From a virus (Duplodnaviria; Caudoviricetes), in the IMG/VR virus record IMGVR_UViG_3300050196_000092, positions 1 to 25,518 of that record: a DNA stretch of 25,518 bases. One strand, 5' to 3'. Under the pieces are notes generated by a model. That model was given only the letters and a program-made list of their open reading frames with translations. It did no database searches and had not been told where the DNA came from. Position 1 is the stretch's first letter. Each line of letters opens with the position of its first letter. A program made the position numbers and the translations under genes. This document shows positions 25,492 to 25,518 of the stretch, one piece after another.

Positions 25492-25518
25492 AGAAAAACT
25501 CCTAGTAAAATTAAATAT

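Larger units (their letters stand above)
1..25518. mobile_element. Tailed bacteriophage (podovirus-like) packaging, structural and lysis region
   Basis: Contiguous, tightly overlapping TerL, portal, scaffold, capsid, adaptor, fibre, nozzle, lysozyme and internal-protein genes; no host housekeeping genes, integrase or att site visible, so free phage versus prophage cannot be decided. Confidence 0.95.

Noticed and set aside
1-25518. Alternative genetic code (stop-codon reassignment), tRNA or rRNA genes
   Set aside because: Standard code gives near-complete coding density with TAA, TAG and TGA all used as stops; no intergenic space or cloverleaf-like sequence seen

Overview
The whole 25.5 kb window is the DNA-packaging, virion-morphogenesis and lysis region of an AT-rich tailed dsDNA phage. 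It is podovirus-like: adaptor, beta-propeller nozzle and ejection-type proteins are present, and no tape measure, tail tube or sheath was seen. The host is probably Gram-negative. Plus strand (238-18273): fibre-like protein, small beta protein, holin-like membrane protein, TerL, GNAT-like protein, small protein, portal, scaffold, major capsid protein, two decoration-like proteins, adaptor, C1q-like short fibre, three paralogous fibres and nozzle. Next come an isolated minus-strand TerS-like gene, a plus-strand lysozyme and spanin-like pair, and a minus-strand GNAT plus internal/ejection protein block. The most unusual signals are: (1) a ~1.9 kb zone just downstream of a short repeat array with no GAA and almost no TTC or AAA, which shapes codon choice and includes a 411-aa protein with no lysine; (2) an internal peptidase-S74-like domain in an ejection protein with Cys in place of the catalytic Ser; (3) a spanin-like protein with an N-terminal membrane anchor and a C-terminal outer-membrane beta-signal-like end; (4) a decoration protein built from three copies of a module resembling the capsid insertion domain; (5) three coupled paralogous fibres. 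All calls come from motifs and synteny read by eye, with no database search.
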